Source: an uncultured Solirubrobacterales bacterium
Lineage (GTDB): Bacteria; Actinomycetota; Thermoleophilia; Solirubrobacterales; Thermoleophilaceae
NCBI GenBank assembly: GCA_902806245.1
Contig: CADCVU010000211.1
Coordinates: forward strand, 1 to 46,159
Reading direction: 5' to 3'
DNA length: 46,159 nucleotides
Shown: positions 26,724 to 37,321 of the stretch, piece after piece
Layout: every line of letters begins with the position of its first letter
Numbering within the stretch: position 1 is the first letter of the stretch
Made by a program: the position numbers and the translations under genes
Notes under the pieces: generated by a model
Databases searched by the model: none
Told to the model about the DNA's origin: nothing
The model's input: the letters and a program-made list of their open reading frames with translations, nothing else

Positions 26724-27488
26724 TCAGCCGAGCGGGGCCAGCGTGCGCGAGGCGACGCCCTTGCGCAGCATTCGGGCGGGGCGCTCGCTGACCAGCGCTG
26801 CGGCCGTGCGGGCGTCCGCGCCGGCGGCGACCGCCGCCGCGGCGCCGAGGCTCAGCGTCGGCCGCCGCCAGCCCGGGTGGGCGTCGGAGGCGAGCGCGGC
26901 GATCAGGCCTCGGTCCAGCAGCTCGAGGGCCGCGTGCTCGGCCTCGGCGCCGTGTCCGCCGGTCAGCGACCAGTGGTTGACCTGGAGCAGGCTCCCCGTC
27001 TCGAGCTCTCGGCTGAGTCCGCCCGCCTCGCCCGCGAGCAGGCCGCGGGCCCGCTCAGGATGGGCGATGACGATCCCGAAGCCCCGCGAGCGGAGCTCGT
27101 CGGTCGCCGCGCTGAAGACGCGGTCGAGCCCCTCGAAGGGCGCCTCGACGAGCAGCCACCGCCGCCCCGGCGGTCCGACCGCGATCGCCTCGAGCTCAGA
27201 CTGGCCGAGCCGGCCGACGAGGTCGTGCCCCAGCTCGCCCCCGCGGTGGAGCTCGACCTCTATCCCGGCGCGCTCGACGGCCTCGCATAGCTCCTCGAAG
27301 CCCTCGGTGACGATCGACACGTCGGTGACGAAGTCGCGCCGCACGTGCGGGGTGACGACGATCGTCGCGGTTCCGTCTGCGGTGGCGAGCGCCGCCATCT
27401 CCAGGCTGTCGTCGAGGTCGCGCGCCCCATCGTCGACGCCCGGGAGTAGATGGCAGTGGATCTCGGTGCGGAGTGCGTGAGGGCTCAT
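26724..27488 (-). CDS. CpsB/YwqE-type PHP-fold (Mn-dependent) protein-tyrosine phosphatase family protein
   Basis: ATG 27488: MSPHALRTEIHCHLLPGVDDGARDLDDSLEM..VVTPHV..VIAHPER..LASDAH, the signature HxH..LPGxDDG. No BY-kinase or capsule genes are nearby. Confidence 0.75.
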   Translation of the reverse strand: MSPHALRTEIHCHLLPGVDDGARDLDDSLEMAALATADGTATIVVTPHVRRDFVTDVSIVTEGFEELCEAVERAGIEVELHRGGELGHDLVGRLGQSELEAIAVGPPGRRWLLVEAPFEGLDRVFSAATDELRSRGFGIVIAHPERARGLLAGEAGGLSRELETGSLLQVNHWSLTGGHGAEAEHAALELLDRGLIAALASDAHPGWRRPTLSLGAAAAVAAGADARTAAALVSERPARMLRKGVASRTLAPLG

Positions 27489-27608
27489 GGCGAAGTTCAC
27501 GGTGATCCTCGGCCGGGCACCTCGAGCGCACGTGACCAACCGGTGAGCCTCGTGTTAAAGACCTGGAAACTCGGCTCGTCTCTGGCGGGGGCGGCCGTTA
27601 CAGTCCGG

Positions 27609-28040
27609 GTGGTGATCTGGCTGCTTCGCCACGGGGACGCCGAGCCCGGCTCGCCCGACGCCGAGCGCCCGTTGACCTCCGAGGGCCGAAGCCAGGGCAC
27701 CAACGCCGGTCGCGCGCTGGTCGCGCTCGGAGTGGCCCTCGAGGCCTGCCTGACCTCGCCCAGGGTGCGAGCGGTCGAAACGGCGCGCCGTGCCTGCGAG
27801 GCGCTGGCCCTCGAGCCGCTGACCGAGCAGCGGCTCGAGGGTGGGCCGTTCGACCCCCGGGAGGTCGCCGCAGGCTGGGAGGACGTTCTCCTCGTCGGCC
27901 ACGATCCCGACTTCTCGACCGCCGTCCACAACCTCACCGGCGCGCAGGTGCGTCTGTCCAAGGGCGGTCTGGCCGGCGTCGATCGCGGTGAGCTCAGCGT
28001 CCTGCTGCGGCCGGCCGAGCTCGCGGCGATCGCCGGATAG
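27609..28040 (+). CDS. sixA: phosphohistidine phosphatase SixA family
   Basis: VVIWLLRHGDAE is the RHG motif, with LTSEGRSQ, CLTSPRVRAVETA and LLVGHDPDF. About 143 aa; the start is GTG 27609 or 27612. Confidence 0.8.
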   Translation: MVIWLLRHGDAEPGSPDAERPLTSEGRSQGTNAGRALVALGVALEACLTSPRVRAVETARRACEALALEPLTEQRLEGGPFDPREVAAGWEDVLLVGHDPDFSTAVHNLTGAQVRLSKGGLAGVDRGELSVLLRPAELAAIAG

Positions 28041-28997
28041 CGAGCGCGCCATCGCCTACGCCTGCATCGACATCGGCAGCAACACGACCCGACTGCTCGT
28101 GGCCGAGTGCCGCGACGGCAAGCTGCGCGAGCTCGCCACCCAGCGCGCGTTCACCCGGATCGGCAAGGCGGTACGCGGGGACGGCCGACTCCCCGCCGAG
28201 AAGGTCGTCGAGACGGCCGAGGTCGTCGCTCAGCAGGCGCGCATCGGCCGAGAGCTGGGGGCTCGCCGCGTCGCCGTGGTCGCGACCGCCGCCGTCCGCG
28301 AGGCCTCGAACCGCGAGGAGCTCGCCGACGCCGTCCGCCGGGCCACCGGGCTCGAGATCGAGGTCCTCTCCGACGAGGAGGAGGCGCGGCTCGCCTTTGT
28401 CGGCGCGACCAGAACCCTGCCGACGCCGGTCTCGGGTGCCGTCGCCGTGATCGACATCGGCGGTGGCTCGACCGAGGTCGCGGTGGGGACGCTGGCCGAA
28501 GGCGTCTCGTGGTGGGCCTCGGTGTCGCTCGGGTCGGGCGCGCTGACCGACGCCCACCTGCGCTCCGACCCGCCCACCCCGGACGAGCTGCGCGAGGCGC
28601 GCGACGCCGTCGGCCGCGCCTTTGCCGGGTTGGAGCCGCCGCCATCCGACCGATCGGTCGCGGTGGGCGGGAGCGCACGCTCGGTGCGCAAGCTGGTCGG
28701 GCAGGAGCTTAGCTCCGGCACCGTGGCCCGCGCCCTCGCTCTGCTCGCCTCGACGCCGGCCGCGGCCGTGGCCGAGCGCTTCGATGTCGCACCGGAGCGC
28801 GCGCCGCTGCTGCCCGCCGGTGCGCTCATCCTCGACGAGCTGCTGCGCCGCCTTGGGCCCCGGATCGCGGTCGGGCAGGGAGGCGTGCGGGAGGGGATGA
28901 TCATCGAGATCGAGGGCGGACGGCGACCGCCGCACGAAACGCCCGTGAGCGGGCTCGACGGCGGGCGGCCGCTCGCCTCGGCGACCTCGAGTGAGCC

Positions 28998-29001
<4 letters not shown>
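27988..29001 (+). CDS. ppx: Ppx/GppA-family exopolyphosphatase (short, about 337 aa)
   Basis: ACIDIGSNTTRLLVAE, VVATAAVREASN and VIDIGGGSTEVAVG are present. The only canonical in-frame start upstream of the DIGSN motif is GTG 27988, 53 nt inside sixA. The stop overlaps the ppk start (GTGA). Confidence 0.8.
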
Positions 29002-31196
<2,195 letters not shown>

Positions 31197-31353
31197 GCGC
31201 CGCTCCTCCGGCTGGCGGGCGACCCGCGGATAACCGCGGCGGAGACGCCCGAAAACGACGTGACCCCGGTCGGGGAGTACCGGGGCCACGGGCAACGAGG
31301 GAGGCTCGTTGGCCGTCATGGTGTCGATCGGCTCAGCGAGCGTTGTGAAAAGG

Positions 31354-31381
31354 TTGGGAACCGCCGCCTTTTCGCTACGCT
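31354..31381 (+). promoter_or_regulatory. possible promoter for tRNA-Asp
   Basis: TTGGGA (31354-31359), a 16-nt spacer, then TACGCT (31376-31381), 11 nt upstream of the tRNA 5' end. Confidence 0.3.
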
Positions 31382-31392
31382 AGGCGCCGCCC

Positions 31393-31466
<74 letters not shown>

Positions 31467-31519
31467 CTCGGGAATAGATGGCCGGCGGACCCCGGGGGCC
31501 CGGCGGTCAGCGCAGGGCG

Positions 31520-32422
31520 TCAGCCAGGTCGCCCGGCACCCGGCTCGCCGCCGGGGCGATCCGCCGGCGGAGCGGGCGACTGCGGACCGCTCGCCGACTG
31601 CCCCGGCGCAGAGGGCTGCGCAGGCGAGCGAGGAGACTCCGCCGGGGCCCCGGGGCTTGCGGCCGGGCTCGTTCCGCCGGACCGAGTGCCCGGGTCCACC
31701 GCCGGTCCCCCGGTGCCGGTGCCGACGCCCACCGAGCCCGGCCCGGACGCTCCGAGTCCAGCCGGTGCGCCTCGCAGCTCGAAGTAGAGGACGGTTCCCG
31801 CGAGCCCGAGCAGCGGAGCGGTGAGCACGCTGCTGATTATCCCGGCGACGATCGTGCCGACCGGCCCGAGCGCGGCGCCGATGGCGCTGAGGATGAGCGC
31901 CACGACGACGAAGATGAGGACGAAGACGACGATCACGCCGAAGACCGGGCCGGCGTTCCCGCGCACGAGCTTGCGACTGCGCTCGAAGGCGGCGATCACT
32001 CCCGGTCGCTCGAGCACCACCACCGGGGATACGACGGCCCAGATGGTGGCCAGGATGAGGCCGGGCACGATCAGGAGCACGAGGCCGATGCCCACGCCGA
32101 GGCCGAAGAGCAGGCTGGCGAGGATGAGCGGCACGAGAACCGGGACGACGGACCGGAAGAGATCGCCGACCGAGCTGTCGCGGCGTCCGTCCTGCAGATC
32201 GGCCACCAGCTGAACGACCATGCCCCTGTAGAGCCCGACCGCGGTGAGCGAGACGATGAACCCCAGGATGGCCAGGATCGGGCTGGCCGCCGTGAGGAGG
32301 CCTCGTATCAGGCCCTCGATCGCGAAGACGACGAGCGCGGCCGGAAGGAGCACCGCAGCCTGATCGCGGTAGATGTTGAAGACCTCACGGACGACGCGCC
32401 CCGTGTTCACCTGACCGGTCAT
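31520..32422 (-). CDS. polytopic membrane protein with a Pro/Gly/Ser-rich C-terminal tail (GDPD-membrane-domain / UPF0259-like)
   Basis: 300 aa, about 6 hydrophobic segments, VVVLERPGVIAAFERSRKLVRGN. The tail reads GPGSVGVGTGTGGPAVDPG...SPAPPADRPGGEP. Confidence 0.65.
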   Translation of the reverse strand: MTGQVNTGRVVREVFNIYRDQAAVLLPAALVVFAIEGLIRGLLTAASPILAILGFIVSLTAVGLYRGMVVQLVADLQDGRRDSSVGDLFRSVVPVLVPLILASLLFGLGVGIGLVLLIVPGLILATIWAVVSPVVVLERPGVIAAFERSRKLVRGNAGPVFGVIVVFVLIFVVVALILSAIGAALGPVGTIVAGIISSVLTAPLLGLAGTVLYFELRGAPAGLGASGPGSVGVGTGTGGPAVDPGTRSGGTSPAASPGAPAESPRSPAQPSAPGQSASGPQSPAPPADRPGGEPGAGRPG

Positions 32423-32467
32423 GCTCAGCGCACTGTAAGCGACACCGCGGACGGCCGGGAAGTAATT

Positions 32468-32489
32468 TTCACAGAGGGATCACAAGTGC
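32468..32489 (+). promoter_or_regulatory. PHO-box-like pair of 11-nt direct repeats at the NPP gene 5' end
   Basis: TTCACAgaggg ATCACAagtgc. The hexamers at 32468 and 32479 are 11 nt apart. The element overlaps the candidate start GTG 32486; if it is functional, GTG 32516 would be a near-leaderless start. Confidence 0.3.
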
Positions 32490-34426
32490 TCCAACGCCCG
32501 TGCGACCCTCCGCACGTGCCTACTCGAACGAAGTCATCCACCGCCTCGGCGATTCTCGTCGCCGTCGTCCTCGCCGGCTTGGCCTGTCTCGGGTCCGCCC
32601 CGACCGCGGCGGCCGCCCCCAGGGACGACCGCTCTCGCCCGCTCGTCTACGTCTTCGTGCTCGACGGCCTCGACGGCGACCGCGTGCGGCAGCGTCGCCC
32701 GCTCGCCCCCAACCTCAACGCTCTGCTCGACGGCCGCGCGGGCGCACGCTCGACGCTGTACGAGGAGTCGCGCTCGGTGATGATCGCCGAGACCAACCCC
32801 AACCACACGGCCATGGCCACCGGCGCCTACGGCGGGCAGTCGGGGATACCCGGCAACGCGTTCGCCGTCTACGGGAAGAGCGACGGGGATTCGTGTCCGA
32901 CCGGCTCGGTCGACGAGTCGAAGCCGCCGACGGAGACGAGCGGCGAGAGCCCGGCGTGCCTTGAGGCCGACACCTTCTTCGAGTCGGTGGCCAAGGGCTA
33001 GCGCGCCAAGGAGATCACCACCTCCGGGATCTTCGGTAAGCCCAAGCTCGGGCGGATCTTCGCGGGGCGGTCGGCCTCGGGCCGGTTCTTCGCCGACGAC
33101 CTGTTCGCGCCGTGCGAGAACGGGGGCGCCGGCGACGATCCGTCCTACTGTGAGAACGTGCCGATCAACCCGGCCACCGGGGTGACCGCCGAGGACCGCA
33201 TCGTCATGGACGAGGTCATCGAGACGACGCGCGAGGGCGTTCGGGCAGACGGCACGCGCAAGCGACCGAACCTCACCTTCGTGAACTTTCCCCAGATCGA
33301 CCAGTCCGGTCACGGCAGCGGAACGGGGCCCGCCTACGACTCAGCGATCAACCGCGCCGACACCGAGATCGGACGCTTCGTGAACAACCAGAAGCAGCTC
33401 GGCCTGTGGAAGCGCACGACGATGATCGTGCTCTCCGACCACTCGATGGACACGACTCCGCAGAAGACCTCGCTCACGCGCTGCTACGACATGGCCGGGA
33501 TCGACTCCGACGACTACGTGGTCGTCCAGAACGGCAGCGCCGCGCTGGTCTACCTGGCGGATCGCACCGACCCCGGCCGCTTCATGCTGCTCAAGCGCCT
33601 GCGCGCCGCGTCGCTTCGCTGCGGCCTCGGTGGGGTCGGCGAGCTCGGGGCGAGGATCGGCCTCTCGGGGACCAACGAGGCCAACTACCGCCAGTTCAAC
33701 CCGGCGGACGGTGGCAACGCACACACGCTCGGAGGGGTCCATCCCGCCTACCGACTGGTCGATCGCCGCACCGGCGACCTCGTGGTCACTCACGACCCGG
33801 GCGGTGCCTTCTCGGAGCCGGTCAACCCGCTGGCGGGCAACCACGGCAGTCCGTTCACCCGCGACAACTTCTTCGCGGTGATCGGCGGCGGCGACTTCGT
33901 ACGCCAGCAGACCCTCCGCGGCGTCCGCGGTCCCCGGTTCGACGACACGCTCCGCAACCCCAGGCAGGCCGAGAACGTCGACGTGGCCGCGACTGCGCTG
34001 TGTGCGCTCGGCCATCGCGCGCCGGCAGACTCGAGCGGCCGCTTCCTGGGCGAGGCCTTCCGGCTCGCACTCGTGCCCGGAAAGGGCTCGCCGGCCTGCT
34101 CCGGCCGCCCTGGCGGCGGTGGCGGGAGCGACCGTGGCGAGCGGATCCTCGGCACCGAGGGCGACGACGTCATCCGCTGCGGCTCGGGCAACGACCGTGT
34201 CGACGGGCGGGGCGGCGACGACGTGATCTTCTGCGGCTCCGGTAACGATGTCGTGCGCGGCGGATCCGGCAACGACCGCCTCTACGGCGAGTCCGGTGAC
34301 GACGCGCTCGACGGCGGGTCCGGCAACGACCTCCTGAGCGGCGGCGGAGGCGACGACCGGCTGGTCGGTGGCCCGGGCCGCGACAGCTTCGAGGACGGCT
34401 CGGGCCGGGACACGCGGTCTCCGTAG
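32486..34426 (+). CDS. secreted nucleotide pyrophosphatase/phosphodiesterase (alkaline-phosphatase superfamily) with C-terminal RTX-like Ca-binding repeats; in-frame TAG at 32999-33001
   Basis: The signal peptide is SAILVAVVLAGLACLGSAPTAAAAP. Motifs: VYVFVLDGLDGD, ETNPNHTAMATG ... (TAG) ... NFPQIDQSGHGSGTG and IVLSDHSMD. The tail is GSGNDRVDGRGGDDVIFCGSGNDVVRGGSGNDRLYGESGDDALDGGSGNDLLSGGGGDDRLVGGPGRD. The listed ORFs 31478-33001 and 33158-34426 are in the same frame. Confidence 0.75.
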
Positions 34427-34514
34427 GAGGCCGGCGAGCGCCAGACACGAGCCTCTGCCTCAGCGGCCTACCAAGCGGGTGAACACCCGCCCTAACAGGT
34501 CGGCCGGGAAACTG

Positions 34515-34850
34515 CGTCCTCGTCGAGGAGGGCTCTTTCGCCCTCGACCTCGAGCATCCCCGCCTACGGCGCCTCGAAGGCAGCACTCGATGGGGTCTGT
34601 CGTCACGCGGGTAGGGAGGCCGCCGCGCGCGGCGTGCGGCTCAACGTGATCATGCCCGGGCTCATCGACCGCACTGGGTCGACTGGCTTCGCGGGCGAAG
34701 GCCGATCGCGACGCGACGCCCGTCCCGCTCGACCGCCAGGGCACCGGCTGGGAGGTCGCCGAGGCTGCGGCCTTCCTGCTCTCGGACGCGGCGAGCTACG
34801 TATGCGGTCACACCCTCGTCGTCGACGGTGGGCTCACGAAGCTCGGCTGA
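34515..34850 (+). pseudogene. short-chain dehydrogenase 3' remnant (YxxxK motif to C-terminus, with a frame change)
   Basis: ..[38 protein letters not shown].. is read in one frame. ..[49 protein letters not shown] then follows in another frame and ends at TGA 34848-34850. No Rossmann N-terminal part is present, because the upstream gene ends at 34426. Confidence 0.65.
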
Positions 34851-34885
34851 GCCGAGGACACGGACAGGACTCTTCTGCGCGTGGC

Positions 34886-37162
34886 TCAGGCCACGCGCCT
34901 CGCAGCGGCGCCGGGCTCGAGCGCGAGCGCCCGCGCATAGCCGGCCGCGAGCTGACCCAGCGCGCGCGCCCAGGTGCGGGTGTGCGCCGTGCGCTCTCCG
35001 GCGTCTGCGAGTCGCTCGCGCATCGCTGGGGAGGCGGCGAGCTCGAGCAGCGTGTCGGCCAGGGCGTCGGTGCGAGCCGGCCGCAGCAGTCCGTTGACCC
35101 CGTCCTCGATGAGATCACGCGGACCACCCTCGTCGACCGCCACCACCGCCAGGCCGCTGGCCTGGGCCTCGAGCAGAACCTGACCGAAGGTGTCGGTGCG
35201 GCTCGGGAACAGGAAGACGTCGGCGCTGGCGTAAGCGCGCGGCAGCTCGTCGCCCTCGAGCCAGCCCAGGAAGGTGGCGTGCTCGCCGAGGCGCTCGCGC
35301 AGGAGCTCCTCCTCGGGGCCGCCGCCGGCCAGCACGAGGTGCAGGCGCTCGTCGCGTTCCCGAGCGGCGAGGAAGGACTCGGCCAGCAGGTCGATGCCCT
35401 TCTCGCGGGTGAGGCGGCCGGCGTAGAGGACGTTGAACGCGCCCGGAAGGATGGTCTCGTCGCGGTAGCGGCGGCCGAAGCGCGTGAGCTCGACGCCGCG
35501 CTCCCAGCGGCCGATCTTCTCGGCCGAGACTCCGAGCGTGCGCAGCGACTCGTCGGCCGCGACGCTCGGCGAGAGAACGGTCCCGCAGGTGCCGTAGAAG
35601 GCCGAGAGGGCGATGTCGACGCCCCCGGCGACGCTGGCGTCGCCCGAGCGCAGCTCGGCGTAGGCGCCGAGCTCGGTGTGGTGGCTGCCGACCAGCGGCA
35701 GGCTCATGGTCCGGGCCACCACCGCGGCCGCGACTCCGGCCGGCCCGGGCGAGGTCACGTGCACGGCGTCGTAGCGGCCCTCGGCCAGCGCCTCGACGAG
35801 GCCGGGAAGGGTGGGGACGCCGATGTGCAGACCGGGGTAGAACGGGACGTCGAGCTCGGCAACGGCGGCGAGCCGGCGGTCGACGGCCGGGTCGGTGCCG
35901 ACGACCTCGATGTCGTAGCCGGGCGCGCCGCGCTCGCGCAACTCCTCGATCGTGCGGCTGACGCCGTGGACGCCGCCGATCGCGTCGGTGACCACGGCGA
36001 CGCGCGGATCGCCCTCCCGGGTGATCAACTTCTGCTTCTCGCGACCGAGGAACGAGGCCGCCGGGGCGTAGGGGATGGCCGGCACCAGGGCGTCGAAGAG
36101 GCCTCCGAGCGCGGCGCCGGAATCGCCACCCTGGGCGAGTGCCGCGACCGCTCCGACCGAGGCGCGGCGCAGCCCGCGCTCGTGGGCACGGCGGGCGTGG
36201 CGGAACAGGTCGCTGTGGCTGAAGCCCTCGGCCTGGAAGACGGCGAGCAGGTCGGTTCCGCGCAGGTCGAGGCCGACCGCGTCGAGCCAGGCCTCGAGCA
36301 GCGCTCGCGCGTCGGCGGGGTCGAGGTCGGCGCCGAGTGCGCTCGCGCGAGCGTCGCCCTCGCTGACCACTCGCCGAACGATCTCGAGCACCGCCGTCGG
36401 GTTCGCCCGGTATCCGTCGACCGGCGCCTCACCGCCGCCGAGGGTGCGCACGGCGAGGGCCATCGCCGAGTGGGCCCACTTCGCGGCACTGCCCTGGTCG
36501 CCGCAGCCTTCGGCCTGACCGTCGCGAAGGTGGGAGAGAAACTGTTCGGGCGAGCCTGCGAGGGGAGTCTCGGTCCAGGTTCGCCCGATGTCGACGCCCG
36601 CGTGATCGTCGGAGCCGCCGACGCCCGTGCCGCCGTGGGTATCGATGTAGATGGCGGCGGGCAGATTGAGCTCACGCGCGCGCGAGCCGTTGCGCGTCTC
36701 CCAGATCGGGAAGATCTGCGCGAGGCGCCGGCGATGGCGCGCGGTCAGCGGCGCGGCCACCGCGAAGAACGGATGCGCCAGCGCGCAGGCGATCTCGTGC
36801 CCGTGCAGGTACTCGGCACAGGCCTCCACGTCGCCGGCGTTGCGCTGGAGCCAGGCGTGGTCGTCCTCGTCGATGCCGTAGCAGAGGACATGCACCGCCT
36901 GGGGCTCACCGCGGAAGTGCGCGGTCAGCTCCTCGGAGACGAACACGTCGGGCCGGTCGGCGATGGTCAACGCACCGTCGATGGTGTCGTGGTCGGTGAT
37001 GGTGACGAAGTCCATCCCCCGGCGCTTGGCCAGCTCGTGGACCTCCTCGGGCGGGGTTGCGCACTCGGGGAGCCCGAGCGCGCGCTGCACCCCCAGGCGC
37101 GCCTCGGCGGAGGCGGTCGAGTGGCAGTGAAGGTCGACCCTGCTCTTCGGTGGCTGGATCAT
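34886..37162 (-). CDS. fusion protein: N-terminal PHP phosphoesterase domain, ~180-aa linker region, C-terminal GT4 (group 1) glycosyltransferase
   Basis: ATG 37162 follows AGGAG. PHP motifs: VDLHCHSTAS, FVTITDHDT, HVLCYG, ALAHPF, GGSDDHAG. GT4 motifs: VHVTSPGPAG, LYAGRLTREKGIDLL, LFPSRTDTFGQVLLEAQASGLAVVA. The 796-aa listed ORF is trimmed by 38 codons. Confidence 0.8.
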   Translation of the reverse strand: MIQPPKSRVDLHCHSTASAEARLGVQRALGLPECATPPEEVHELAKRRGMDFVTITDHDTIDGALTIADRPDVFVSEELTAHFRGEPQAVHVLCYGIDEDDHAWLQRNAGDVEACAEYLHGHEIACALAHPFFAVAAPLTARHRRRLAQIFPIWETRNGSRARELNLPAAIYIDTHGGTGVGGSDDHAGVDIGRTWTETPLAGSPEQFLSHLRDGQAEGCGDQGSAAKWAHSAMALAVRTLGGGEAPVDGYRANPTAVLEIVRRVVSEGDARASALGADLDPADARALLEAWLDAVGLDLRGTDLLAVFQAEGFSHSDLFRHARRAHERGLRRASVGAVAALAQGGDSGAALGGLFDALVPAIPYAPAASFLGREKQKLITREGDPRVAVVTDAIGGVHGVSRTIEELRERGAPGYDIEVVGTDPAVDRRLAAVAELDVPFYPGLHIGVPTLPGLVEALAEGRYDAVHVTSPGPAGVAAAVVARTMSLPLVGSHHTELGAYAELRSGDASVAGGVDIALSAFYGTCGTVLSPSVAADESLRTLGVSAEKIGRWERGVELTRFGRRYRDETILPGAFNVLYAGRLTREKGIDLLAESFLAARERDERLHLVLAGGGPEEELLRERLGEHATFLGWLEGDELPRAYASADVFLFPSRTDTFGQVLLEAQASGLAVVAVDEGGPRDLIEDGVNGLLRPARTDALADTLLELAASPAMRERLADAGERTAHTRTWARALGQLAAGYARALALEPGAAARRVA

Positions 37163-37321
37163 CTCGTCTCCTGTATTCGTGGTCGTCCCGAAGCTAGGCC
37201 GTTGTCGGCAACGAGCGGTTACCGCGCGGAGAACGAGCTGTGACGACTTCGTGAAGAGAAGGCGCCCGGCGTTCACGGGAGGGCAACAGGGCTGCCATCG
37301 CGACGGCGAAGATGCTCCGGG

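Noticed and set aside
32999-33001. TAG as pyrrolysine or programmed read-through
   Set aside because: There are no pyl genes or other supporting context in the window, and the lineage looks actinobacterial. A point mutation or base-call error is far more likely.
34634-37243. 869-aa ORF on the plus strand
   Set aside because: It is antisense to the PHP-GT4 gene, which has clear motifs. The plus-strand translation has no recognisable motifs and a GC-shadow composition. Only its first ~70 codons overlap the SDR remnant.
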